Part shown: positions 49,025 to 59,107 of the stretch, one piece after another
Numbering within the stretch: position 1 is the first letter of the stretch
Layout of the letters: the number at the start of each line of letters is the position of its first letter
NCBI GenBank assembly: GCA_965218795.1
Contig: OZ244653.1
Location: forward strand, 1,120,001 to 1,184,000
Origin: a bacterium
GTDB lineage: Bacteria > UBA8248 > JACPRG01 > G963555815
DNA length: 64,000 nt
Reading direction: 5' to 3'
Program-made: the position numbers and the translations under genes
Notes under the pieces: generated by a model
The model's input: only the letters and a program-made list of their open reading frames with translations
What the model was told of the DNA's origin: nothing
Database searches by the model: none

Positions 49025-49791
49025 CCGATCTGCCCTTTCCTGGCCGGCAACAGGTGATCCCTCAACTCGACAAAGGATGAAATTTCAAAATCGGGATGAA
49101 CTTCTCCCGGGACTTCCTGACCCTTCCAATTGATCCAGAAAACGCTCATTCCGGCCTTTTTGGCGCCCAGGACGTCGGTTTCGTAGGTGTCGCCGATGTA
49201 AACGCATTCGGCGGACCGTACCCCCATATCGGCAGCCATGCCCTGGAACACCCCGGGGTGGGGCTTCCGCCAGCCCAAAGCGTCTGAGATTGCGACCTTA
49301 ACAAAATAATCCCGGAGCCCCATGTCGTCGATCATTTCTTCCGCCGCGGGCGCATAGTCGAAGTTCGAGAGCAGACCGAGGGGGCAACTTCCACGGAGCT
49401 CCTCCAAAAGCGCCCGATGTTCCTCGGGCAGATAGGCGCAGCCCAGAAGCGCCCGCATGTGTTCCTTCACCAATTGTTCGACAAACTCCGGCGCGTGAAA
49501 TTCCGTGCGCTCCGGCACCAATATCTGCAAGACACGGAAAAACCGATGGGTCGCCGAAAACTCCTTGCCGGCCTCTTTTTGAAGCCGCATCTCTTCGTCC
49601 GCCTGGGATAATGCGTCAAAGAAATGCTCCCACTGAATGTCCAGACATTTCTCGAGAAGGATTTGAAAGGTTACGCCCATCGTGGTGCGGCGCGCTTTTC
49701 CGTTCACGACGATCTCGGGCATCTTCGTATAGTCGAACAGGACCACGGTATCGAACAGATCGAAGATAATCGCTTGATACCGCACACTCAT
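49021..49791 (-). CDS. HAD-family hydrolase
   Basis: 'FDLFDT', 'LSN', 'KP', 'IGD...D..GA'; ATGA overlap with cytochrome c. Confidence 0.92.
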   Translation of the reverse strand: MSVRYQAIIFDLFDTVVLFDYTKMPEIVVNGKARRTTMGVTFQILLEKCLDIQWEHFFDALSQADEEMRLQKEAGKEFSATHRFFRVLQILVPERTEFHAPEFVEQLVKEHMRALLGCAYLPEEHRALLEELRGSCPLGLLSNFDYAPAAEEMIDDMGLRDYFVKVAISDALGWRKPHPGVFQGMAADMGVRSAECVYIGDTYETDVLGAKKAGMSVFWINWKGQEVPGEVHPDFEISSFVELRDHLLPARKGQIG

Positions 49792-50361
49792 ACTCCCGCA
49801 ACCATCAAATCCGCGAACCGGCCGGACCGGGCAAAGATGACTGAAATCACATGATTTCCGGCGTGAAAGGAACACCCGTGCATCGAATATACAGAATCGC
49901 CCCCGGCTTGCGCCAGAAAATGCGGAATGCGAGGGGGGGTATGCCGGACACCGCTTGCAGGCGGACTTTCTCAGGCCCGATGATTCATGTAGGATCATCC
50001 AGCCCCGGAAGTGCAGGTCCATCTCCGATGCCAGGCTCCTTTGGGGAATCGGCCGCTCAGACATGATCTCATTCGACCCGGCTTACCTTTTCACATCAAC
50101 CCAGTTGGCGGTCGTTATCGTCTTCATGGATTTCATGGTCGGATTCATCGATCAAACGGCCAAAAAGCTCGGACTCACCTCCGGGCGCGGGGAAGCCTCC
50201 GGCTGCGGAAAACGATTTGCAATCCAGCCCGTTGACACCCTCTGTGTGGACACATAGATTCGAAATGAGCCATGACCATTTGGATACCATTGGATAAGGA
50301 TCTTCAGAAACCGTTTTCATCTCCCTGGATCCGTCCAACCTGATCCACGAAAGGCCTGAAC

Positions 50362-51951
50362 ATGCGATCTCGAACATGCCTGACCGCCATCGCAGCCGGA
50401 ACCGTGGTCTTATTGAGCTCGGCTGATCTCTCGGCCCAACCGCCCGCGAAGAAGAAGAGATGGGGACCGCCGCCGGTTTCGGTCGTATTGAGTCCGGTCG
50501 TCGAGAGAAAGATTCGTAGTCAGATTACGTCGATCGGCACCGTCGAGGCCCAGCTTGCAACCACAGTCAGCGCTGAAATCCAGGGGCTGACGGAGGAATT
50601 CAAGCTCCAAGAGGGGAACCGCGTAGAAAAGGGCAAGACCGTTCTCGTGCGGCTGAAAAACTCGGGAATGAGGATCGATCTGGCGGAAGCCCGGGCGGCC
50701 TATCGCCGGGCATCGGCGCAACTGAAGAAAGTCCGGAGAGGAAAACGTCAGGAGGAAATCGAAGAGGTTCGCGCCCAGTTGAAAGAGCGAAAGGCGCTGA
50801 TGCAGAAGTATGAACGCGACCTGGAAAGGGCTTCGGAGCTGTTGCGGAGCAAGATCATCAATCTCTCGGAATACAACCGGACCGAGAGCGACTTCCTGGC
50901 GGCCAAGTATCAGGTGCAGCGGCTCGATCAATCGCTTCTGCTCGCCGAAATGGGAGAGCGCCGCGAGGACATCGAGGCGCAGGTAGCCGAAGTTCAACGC
51001 CAGAAGGCCAACCTGGACCGAATGAAGGACGAGCTTGAAAAATCCATCATTCGAGCGCCGATCTCAGGATTCATCACCCAAAAGCACGTGGAAGTCGGGC
51101 AATGGATTCAGCGCGGGGGCCAGGTCGCTGAAATCGTCAACATCGACACAGTTCTCGTCAGGACGGGCATCCGGGAAAAAGACATCCGCCACGTCACGGT
51201 CGGCGATTCGGCTGTCATCACCGTAGATGCCTATCCGGGCAAAACGTTTCATGGGAAAGTCCGGGATATCATCCCGCAGGCTGACGTTGCCAGCCGCTCC
51301 TTCCCCGTCAAGATTGAGATCAAGAATCCGGAGTTCCTGTTAAAGGGGGGCATGTTTGCCCGGGTCACGCTCTTCTACGGGCCGAGACGCCGCGCGCGGA
51401 TGGTCCCGAAGGACGCCCTGAGCCAATTGGGATTGCGCGCGCATGTCTTCACCGTCGATAAAGGAAGCTCCCGGCTCGTTCCGGTCAAGACTGGAAGGAC
51501 GGTCGGGAGTTACGTGGAAATCGTTGAAGGGAAGCTGTCCAAGGAGGACCGGGTGATCGTGACCGGGAATGAGACCCTTCGGAATCGCGCAACGGTCATG
51601 GTGCGCGCAATCCGCACGCCGGATGGGAAGGTGATTGCCGTCAAGGCGCGCGGACCCGGCGCTCCCGGAGGCGGCTGGAGCGGAAAGCCCGGAGGCCCCA
51701 AGGGCGGGTGGAGCGGGAAACGCGAGGGTCAAAAATGGGGTGGAAAGCCCGATGGCGCGCCCGGCGCCTCGGGGCAGAAAAAGGACGGAGACAACTCCGC
51801 TCAGTGGCGCAATCGACAGGCCGAAAAAGAGGGGGCCGGCCCTGCACCGGCCAAATCCCAATGGGAAAAGAAAGGAAATCGGGATCCCTCCGAGAAAGGC
51901 GGAACTGGCGGCAAAAAAGGCCCATGGGGGCCTCCCTCCTCGAACCAATAA
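50362..51951 (+). CDS. RND efflux periplasmic adaptor (MFP) with long low-complexity tail
   Basis: Lipoyl-like halves, long coiled coil, 'IRAPISG', 'VDAYPG', 'GMFARV', 'VP..A'. Confidence 0.92.
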   Translation: MRSRTCLTAIAAGTVVLLSSADLSAQPPAKKKRWGPPPVSVVLSPVVERKIRSQITSIGTVEAQLATTVSAEIQGLTEEFKLQEGNRVEKGKTVLVRLKNSGMRIDLAEARAAYRRASAQLKKVRRGKRQEEIEEVRAQLKERKALMQKYERDLERASELLRSKIINLSEYNRTESDFLAAKYQVQRLDQSLLLAEMGERREDIEAQVAEVQRQKANLDRMKDELEKSIIRAPISGFITQKHVEVGQWIQRGGQVAEIVNIDTVLVRTGIREKDIRHVTVGDSAVITVDAYPGKTFHGKVRDIIPQADVASRSFPVKIEIKNPEFLLKGGMFARVTLFYGPRRRARMVPKDALSQLGLRAHVFTVDKGSSRLVPVKTGRTVGSYVEIVEGKLSKEDRVIVTGNETLRNRATVMVRAIRTPDGKVIAVKARGPGAPGGGWSGKPGGPKGGWSGKREGQKWGGKPDGAPGASGQKKDGDNSAQWRNRQAEKEGAGPAPAKSQWEKKGNRDPSEKGGTGGKKGPWGPPSSNQ

Positions 51952-51972
51952 CACCCTTCTCAGTGCCCGACC

Positions 51973-54900
51973 ATGAAGCTGATTGATTCCTGCATTCGAT
52001 ACCCGGTTTCCGTGCTGGTCGGAGTGATCCTCCTCATTCTCTTCGGGTTCATCGCCATGTTCTGGATTCCGGTGCAGATGATCCCCACGGTGGACCGGCC
52101 CGAGATCTCCGTGGAAACGGATTACCGGGGCGCGGCTCCGGCCGAGATCGAGAGGGAGGTCACCGAACGGATTGAAGAGAAGCTGAATTCCGTCGAGGCC
52201 CTGAGCGAGATCACTTCCACCTCCATCGAAGGGAAGAGCACGGTCCGGCTGACGTTCGACTGGGGCGCCAACAAGGACATCGCGCGGCTGGACGTTTCCG
52301 AAAAGCGCGGACTGGTTCGCGACATACCGGACGACGCGGACGAATCCGTCATTCGTGCCGTCAATACCGATCAGGAACAGCCCATTGCCTGGATTGCCCT
52401 GAACCGACCGAAGCTTCCGGACGGCCGTGTCCGCGAGTTGAACGAGGTGCGGGTCGAGGCGGAAGACGTGATTAAGCCCCACCTGGAGAGGGTTCCCGGC
52501 GTGGGCGGAGTCTGGATGTTCGGCGGGCAGGAACGGGAGGTTCAGGTGCTTCTGGATACGCTCGCCCTGACCGCCCGCAATCTCACCATCGGAGACGTCC
52601 ATCGGGCCCTGCTCCGGGAAAACAGAAACGTCAAAGGCGGCAACATCAACGAGGGCAAGAGACGATACGTCGTCAGGACCCTGGGGCAGTTCAGGGATTT
52701 GAGGCAGATCGAAAATGTCATTCTCGCCCGCCAGAACGGCACGGCCGTTTATCTCCGCGACGTGGCGAACGTTGAGTTCGGGTACAAGGACCGGGATCTG
52801 GTCGTTCGCCGGAACGGCATTCCGAGCATCGGATTCGGCGTCCTCCGGAAGACGGGCGCGAATACCCTCGAAGTCATGCAGGGCCTAAAGAAGGAACTCG
52901 CACACCTGAACGAGAACGTTTACAAAGGCAGGGGGATTCAACTCTTCCAGCTTTATGACGAAACCGTCTACATCAAGGGTTCCATCGGCCTTGTCCTGCG
53001 AAACCTCATTCTTGGAGCCATCCTCGCGACGATGGTTCTGCTCCTCTACCTGAGAAATCCCTCGAGCATTTTCATTATCGGGTTCGCGATACCGATCTCG
53101 GTGATTTCGACGTTCATCTTCCTTCGTCTGTTCGACCGATCGTTGAACACGATCTCCCTTGCGGGGCTCGCCTTCGCCTCGGGTATGGTCGTGGACAACG
53201 CCATCGTTGTCCTCGAAAACATCTTCCGGCATCGTCAGATGGGAAAATCCCGCTTTGAAGCGGCGCTGGCCGGAACCAAAGAGGTCTGGGGGGCCATCCT
53301 CGCGTCCACGCTCACGACCCTGGCGGTCTTCATCCCGGTCATCCTCGTCGAAGCGGAGGCCGGACAGCTTTTCGGTGACATCGCTCTGACGATCAGCATT
53401 GCCGTAGCCCTTTCGCTGGCCGTCTCGATCACCGTCATCCCGATGCTATCCGGCCGTATCCTGCGCGTCCGTCAGGGGGAGGAGAAACCGACCCGGCGGA
53501 TGTGGGACGTCCTGACGCTCGGGTGGCTGGGACGCGGATTTTCACGGTTCGTTCTCTTCACCGTGAACTGGATCATCCAATCCCGGATCCGGAGCCTCGC
53601 GGCAATCGTCTTGATCGTCGGCGCGTCGCTGGTCGTGAGTTACATCGCCATGCCACCGATCGATTACCTCCCCAAAGGCAACCGGAACCTGATATTCGGG
53701 CTTGTGAAGATCCCGGCCGGGTTCAACGTCGATGAGAAGGAGGCCATCATCAAAACGCTGGAGAGGCGATTTATCGGCGTGCCCGAGCTTCAGCGCGTCT
53801 TTTCCGTCATCCGGTTGACCGATCCGATCTTCGTCATCATCGTCAAAGAGGAATTCGCGCAGACCCCGGCGCAGATGCGCAAGGTGGTCGCAAAGGTGCG
53901 GAGCCGCTCGTTCGGCATCCCGGGCGCTCCGTTCGTCTTTGTGACGCAATCGGCGCTGTTCCGGCGGCGGGGAGGCTTTCTGGGGGGGACCAACGTCGAG
54001 ATCAACATCAAGGGAGAACAACTGGATGGAATCCAGCGGATTGCGGACGAGATACAAGGGAATATCCGGCGGGTCCAGGGGGTGAACTTCGTCAATTCCA
54101 GTTTCACGGCGGGCAACCCGGAGCTTCAGGTGTATGTGGATCCGGAGCGGGCCTCCGATCTCGGCGTGTCGGTCACGGAACTGGGCTACGTGGTGGAGAC
54201 CCTCGTCAAAGGGACCGAAGCCGGAAGGTTCCGGGAGAGAGGGCGCGAGCTCGATATCACCTTGAAGGGCGCGCTGGACCGGAAAATTCGCACCCAGGAC
54301 ATCGAAGACATTCTGCTGTACACGCCCGGGGGACGGCCCATTCGTCTTTCCTCCATCGCCAGCGTGCAGGCGGCGGAGGGTCCGGCGAAGATCGACCATA
54401 CGGACCTGGACCGGTCCATCAAGCTCACCGTCAATCTCAGGGCGGCCGTCCCCATGGAGAAGGCCATCAATGACATCGAGCGGGTGGTGGTCGGCCCGAT
54501 TCGCGCCAGCCTCCCCCTGGGTTATTCCATCGATCTCTCCGGTCAGGCCAAGGACCTGAAGGTCACGTGGGACACGCTGAAGTGGTCGTTCCTCCTGTCT
54601 CTCATCATTGTCTACCTGCTCATGTGCTCGCTGTTCGAATCCTTCACCTATCCGTTCATCATCATGTTCAGCGTTCCATTGGCGGCGACGGGGGGGGTCC
54701 TGGGCGTCAAGCTCGCGAACACCATCGAACAATCCATCAAGATGGATGTGATCACCATGCTGGGATTCATCATCCTGTCCGGCATTGTGGTCAACAGCGC
54801 CATCCTGATCGTCCATCAATCCCTGCAGAACATGCAGGCCGGACAACACCACCGGGAAGCCGTCATGGGAAGCGTCCGGAGCCGGCTACGGCCGATATTC

Positions 54901-55194
54901 ATGACGGTCACGACCACCGTCTTCGGCATGCTGCCGGTCGTGGTCAGCACGGGCGCGGGGTCCGAGCTGTACCGCGGGCTGGGATCGGCCATCCTCGGAG
55001 GACTCATCCTTTCGACCGTCTTCACCATCTTCCTGGTCCCTGTTCTGCTCTCTCTCTGGCTGACGCTGAAGGAGGATATCCGAACGGGCTTCCGAAAAGG
55101 GCCTTCCAAGCCTGCGCCGGTCCCGGAGGAAGGCGACGCCTCGCCGGTCCACGCGCTTCGAGGGCTGAATCCGGAGGAATCCCCGGGCGCGTAA
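51973..55194 (+). CDS. RND efflux permease (AcrB/AcrD/AcrF family)
   Basis: 'GMVVDNAIVVLENI', 'GIVVNSAIL', 'RLRPIFMT'; 1073 aa. Confidence 0.96.
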   Translation: MKLIDSCIRYPVSVLVGVILLILFGFIAMFWIPVQMIPTVDRPEISVETDYRGAAPAEIEREVTERIEEKLNSVEALSEITSTSIEGKSTVRLTFDWGANKDIARLDVSEKRGLVRDIPDDADESVIRAVNTDQEQPIAWIALNRPKLPDGRVRELNEVRVEAEDVIKPHLERVPGVGGVWMFGGQEREVQVLLDTLALTARNLTIGDVHRALLRENRNVKGGNINEGKRRYVVRTLGQFRDLRQIENVILARQNGTAVYLRDVANVEFGYKDRDLVVRRNGIPSIGFGVLRKTGANTLEVMQGLKKELAHLNENVYKGRGIQLFQLYDETVYIKGSIGLVLRNLILGAILATMVLLLYLRNPSSIFIIGFAIPISVISTFIFLRLFDRSLNTISLAGLAFASGMVVDNAIVVLENIFRHRQMGKSRFEAALAGTKEVWGAILASTLTTLAVFIPVILVEAEAGQLFGDIALTISIAVALSLAVSITVIPMLSGRILRVRQGEEKPTRRMWDVLTLGWLGRGFSRFVLFTVNWIIQSRIRSLAAIVLIVGASLVVSYIAMPPIDYLPKGNRNLIFGLVKIPAGFNVDEKEAIIKTLERRFIGVPELQRVFSVIRLTDPIFVIIVKEEFAQTPAQMRKVVAKVRSRSFGIPGAPFVFVTQSALFRRRGGFLGGTNVEINIKGEQLDGIQRIADEIQGNIRRVQGVNFVNSSFTAGNPELQVYVDPERASDLGVSVTELGYVVETLVKGTEAGRFRERGRELDITLKGALDRKIRTQDIEDILLYTPGGRPIRLSSIASVQAAEGPAKIDHTDLDRSIKLTVNLRAAVPMEKAINDIERVVVGPIRASLPLGYSIDLSGQAKDLKVTWDTLKWSFLLSLIIVYLLMCSLFESFTYPFIIMFSVPLAATGGVLGVKLANTIEQSIKMDVITMLGFIILSGIVVNSAILIVHQSLQNMQAGQHHREAVMGSVRSRLRPIFMTVTTTVFGMLPVVVSTGAGSELYRGLGSAILGGLILSTVFTIFLVPVLLSLWLTLKEDIRTGFRKGPSKPAPVPEEGDASPVHALRGLNPEESPGA

Positions 55195-55494
55195 CAGACT
55201 GGGGTGCCCCCAGGTCTTTTTTTTCCGCGGCGCCCGGATTGCAACGGATACCCATCGGAGGGGTTTCAGCCAATCAAAAACAATTGAGAATAGGGTCAGA
55301 ATTATCTGCGAACGGCCTGGAAAATCCGGGGGATTCCGGGGCGGAAACGGCCTGGAAACCGCCCATGAAAAGCCCTTGCAAGGGGGTTGAAAGGGGCCTG
55401 CATGGACCGTGTTCGATGCCGGCCACGGCCGACCAGCTTGCCGCCCAGGGTGACGCTCATCGCGGGATTATGGGGACAGCATACTTGATGATTG

Positions 55495-55930
55495 ACTTTT
55501 GGATTGGTGCGCCCCCTGCCGAAACGATGCAGGGGCAGGCTCTCGGTCATTCCTGCCCCCGATAGAAGCCTTCGGGGGCAGGCTGTGCAGCAGGAATCCA
55601 GATCGTTCGTGCATGGCAAGGGTCGCACGGGTCGTGGCGCCAGGCCCCCCATCACATCACTCAGCGGGACAATCGCGGGCAGGAGACCTTTTGGCAGCGA
55701 CACGGTCCGTGGAACGCAATCAGGTACGGGCCGGGATGGTGAAGGACCCCGGGGCTTATCCCTGGAGCAGCGCAGGGGCGCATCTCTCAGGCAGGGGCAA
55801 CGATCGGGGGAAGGTCAAGCCCCTGCTGGCAAGGGTCGGGATCTGGAGGGACTTTCTTGTGGTGAGGTATCCGAGGAAGGGGTCGACAGGATACGACGTC
55901 ATGAGGGGACAGGCAGACCCTTGGTAGGAA
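55495..55930 (+). mobile_element. Internally deleted RAYT (REP-associated tyrosine transposase) remnant with palindromic 5' flank, copy A
   Basis: 'MARVARVVAPG..HHITQR.NR' then directly 'VERNQVRAGMV..PGAYPWSSA.AHL' and 'IRRHEGTGRPL'; HUH core missing, frameshifted. Confidence 0.8.
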
Positions 55931-55969
55931 AGCCGATTCAATATTCGCTTAACCAACTCCCCCAAGCCT

Positions 55970-57304
55970 TCAAATCGGCGAACGATATCTGAATTCCTTG
56001 GTCTTCTGTTTAAACTCCTCCCTTACTTTCCTCAGTACCGTCGGCTGGGTGAAGAGGTCCAAGGCTGAGCATGTCAGCACCTTGGCAGCCACGTGCATCC
56101 CCTTCTCACCGATGCCCGATCCATACTGAACTGTTGAGAGCCAATGGTGCTGGGGTGTCTTGGGGGCGCGACAGCAGACCAGAAACATTCCCAAAGGTGT
56201 CATCCAGCTGACATTGCTTTGGTCGTTGGCGTAGGGTGCAACCCCCATAAACGCAGGGTCCAACGACTCTTTTAAGGAGTCCTTGAATCCGAGCTTTATT
56301 GCCAGGGCCTTGTCCTCATCGGAAAAACGAGGAGGTCCAACCAGATTCAGGTTCTGTTCAATAAGCTCGCCAAGAGCAACATTAGGCAGGCTTTGGTAGG
56401 TGCCGGTAAAGAGCTTGATCCGTACTCGGGTGCCGGTCGCCTTAGCCGCGCCGCGCGCGATTTCCTTGACCTTGACTGTAACTTCCTCGGTCTGGGTTCG
56501 ACTCGGCGTCCAGAGCCAGTACCAGGACTTCGCATAGGGGAGGATGACACCGGGGTACTTTCCCGCCTCGGGGATCACATAGTGGAACCCAGTCCCTTTT
56601 GGGACTTGGCCGCGCAGGCGGTTGACACCCTCGTTCATGAGCTCTAAAGCACCCAGGGCGCTTCGTGCCATCTCGGGGTCTATTTGGGCGTGGGCGCTTT
56701 GCCCGAAAAACTCGAATGTGAGGGAATCGAGGGCCATGCAGGAGGTGTAGTCAGCCAGGGTCGCCTCCCACGGGTGCCAGCTCAGTACGGCGTCCAGCCC
56801 GTCAAAGACCCCCGCCTTGACCATCTTCACTTTCCCGAGGAGAATTTCTTCGGCCGGAGTTCCGAACACGATGATACTGCCCTGGGCGCCGCTTTTCTTT
56901 AATACCTCCTTAACAGCGACGCCAGCCGAGGTGCTTGCGGTTCCAAACAAGTTGTGGCCACAGCCATGACCATTATCCGTCTCCTTTGGCCCTGCATTGG
57001 GGACGGCGTCGTACTCGGCAATGATTCCGATGTGGGGTCGCCCCTTACCCCAGCGGCCGACGAAGGAGGTGGGCATACCCGCTACCCCCGTCTCAACCCT
57101 AAACCCGAATTTCTCAAGTTCCTCTATCAAGACAGCCGACGAGCGGTACTCCTCTAAACCCAGTTCGGGCGTCTCCCAAATTCGCCGAGACAAGGTGTTC
57201 ATGTCGGCGGAGTATCCTTCGAGGAAATCGGCCGCCTGCCGCTTGGGGGAATTGAATGTGGCTCGGAAACCTCTTCTTGGGCTGGCTTTTTTGTTAGCGG
57301 ACAT
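55970..57304 (-). CDS. M20 amidohydrolase (AbgB/p-aminobenzoyl-glutamate hydrolase B-like)
   Basis: 'PELGLEE', 'AEYDA', 'HGCGHNL', 'GTPAEE', 'WHP'. Confidence 0.9.
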   Translation of the reverse strand: MSANKKASPRRGFRATFNSPKRQAADFLEGYSADMNTLSRRIWETPELGLEEYRSSAVLIEELEKFGFRVETGVAGMPTSFVGRWGKGRPHIGIIAEYDAVPNAGPKETDNGHGCGHNLFGTASTSAGVAVKEVLKKSGAQGSIIVFGTPAEEILLGKVKMVKAGVFDGLDAVLSWHPWEATLADYTSCMALDSLTFEFFGQSAHAQIDPEMARSALGALELMNEGVNRLRGQVPKGTGFHYVIPEAGKYPGVILPYAKSWYWLWTPSRTQTEEVTVKVKEIARGAAKATGTRVRIKLFTGTYQSLPNVALGELIEQNLNLVGPPRFSDEDKALAIKLGFKDSLKESLDPAFMGVAPYANDQSNVSWMTPLGMFLVCCRAPKTPQHHWLSTVQYGSGIGEKGMHVAAKVLTCSALDLFTQPTVLRKVREEFKQKTKEFRYRSPI

Positions 57305-57451
57305 GATAACTCCTCCGTGCTAACGAACCTCCTTTTGTGCCGGTCGATACTTTTGCGTCCCGATCAAGCAGTCACCGAAGCGACACTCTTCGGTCCCTCC
57401 GACCACCCCCCAAAGATTGTTACCTCTTGAGGAGGAGACCTTACAAGAGGT

Positions 57452-58543
57452 TTATTTGGGGAGGTTGCCCACGACTCCTTCGACCAGAAAATTCATGGTC
57501 AGCATGTCCTTGTCGGACATCTGTTTTCCAGCAGGGACCCGGACTTTTCCGGACTGGTCCTTGATGGGTCCAGCGAAGACGTCGAACTTACCCGAGACAA
57601 TCTCCGACTTTTTGCGTCCCACCATGTCGCGGACAGCCTGGGGTACCATCGGCCCGAATGGAGCCAAGCCCACGACGCCCTCCTTCAACCCTCCCCAGTA
57701 CTGGTAGCTTTTCCAGGTTCCCTCGTGGAACTCCTGAGCCACTTTTTTATACAGGACGCCCCACTTCAAGACAGGTGACGTCAGGAAAGCTTTGGGGGCA
57801 AATTTAGACATGTCGGTGTACTGGCCGATGCTGTACTTGCCGCGCTTCTCCGCTGCCTGCTGAATGGCGGGGGAGTCCTGGTACTGAGCAATGACGTCTG
57901 CATTGATGTCCAGTAGACTCTCGCCCGCTTCACGTTCCTTCGCCGGGTTGTACCATGTGTAGGTCCAGACGAGGTGTACTTTAGCCTGTGGATTTACTGA
58001 TTGAACACCCAACGCGAAAGCGTTGAAGATTCGGATAACTGCTGAAATGGGATGCGCCGCCACATACCCTATGACGTTTGTCTTGGTCATCTTCCCGGCA
58101 ACAATCCCCGCTAGGTAGCTAGGCTGGTACACCCGGCCCCAATAGGTACCCAGGTTGTTCGCCACCTTGAATCCCGAGCAGTGCATGAACACAGCGTTGG
58201 GATAGCGCTTCGCAACGTTCAGCATCGCGTCCATATACCCATAAGTGGTACCGAAGAGGAGGTTGTACCCCTTCCGCGCATACTGAACCATGATGCGCTC
58301 GACATCCCCTTCCTGAACGGATTCGGTGAAGGCCGTCTCCACGTACGGCAGGGCCTTTACCAATTCCCTGCGCCCCATCTCATGGGCGAACGTCCAACCG
58401 TGGTCTCCTATTGGGCCATAGTAAACAAAAGCTGCTTTTATCTTGGCCTGGGGCTTCAGGGCGTGAGCGCCAGTGACAACGAAAGAGTGGGTGAGAAAAA
58501 GGGTGAGCACGACCAAACCGAGTAGTTTCCAACGTTGGGACAT
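57452..58543 (-). CDS. BMP/PnrA-family ABC substrate-binding protein (nucleoside/purine type)
   Basis: Signal peptide; 'GPIGDHGWT..H', 'SYLAG', 'NAFALG', 'W..TWY.P..E'. Confidence 0.9.
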   Translation of the reverse strand: MSQRWKLLGLVVLTLFLTHSFVVTGAHALKPQAKIKAAFVYYGPIGDHGWTFAHEMGRRELVKALPYVETAFTESVQEGDVERIMVQYARKGYNLLFGTTYGYMDAMLNVAKRYPNAVFMHCSGFKVANNLGTYWGRVYQPSYLAGIVAGKMTKTNVIGYVAAHPISAVIRIFNAFALGVQSVNPQAKVHLVWTYTWYNPAKEREAGESLLDINADVIAQYQDSPAIQQAAEKRGKYSIGQYTDMSKFAPKAFLTSPVLKWGVLYKKVAQEFHEGTWKSYQYWGGLKEGVVGLAPFGPMVPQAVRDMVGRKKSEIVSGKFDVFAGPIKDQSGKVRVPAGKQMSDKDMLTMNFLVEGVVGNLPK

Positions 58544-58773
58544 GGTTATCCTCCTTCCATCTCGGAGTATTCTCCCAGACCCAATTCTGGTCCCGGGACT
58601 TGACCCTTCCACAGGGGTAGCATATTTCCTGAAACAGCTTAATCCGGAATTTCCCATATTACGCTGTCAGATTCGTCCCCTGCTCTTCTTTCCGGATAAA
58701 TTTCATTCAAAACCATTCCCACCGTATAGTCAACATATTCCAACCCACATGTTATCAGTCAACATGTTCCAAC

Positions 58774-58953
58774 CCAGCAGGGGCTTGATCTTCACCCGAT
58801 CGTTGCCCCTGCGTAACGTGATGGGGGAACCCTGAGACCACGACCCGTGCGACCCTTGTCATGCACGAACGCTCTGGATTCCTGCTTGCGCGGAAATGAC
58901 CGAGAGCCTGCCCCTGCATGTATTCGGCAGGGGGGCGCACCAATCCGACAGTC
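58774..58953 (-). mobile_element. Shorter RAYT remnant with the same palindromic flank, copy B (inverted relative to A)
   Basis: Reverse complement aligns to 55495-55830; 'MTRVARVVVSGFPHHVTQG'. Confidence 0.8.
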
Positions 58954-59107
58954 ATTCATTCAGTAGGGTGTCCTCAGAAGCCTCAGGGGGAGTGATTGGA
59001 GGTCGAACGCGCACCATGAAATATCATGGCGTTCGGGCAAGCAGGATGTTCGACGCGCCCGCCTATCACTCGCAATAGTCATATTCGCTTATTGGCAAGA
59101 CTTCCCC

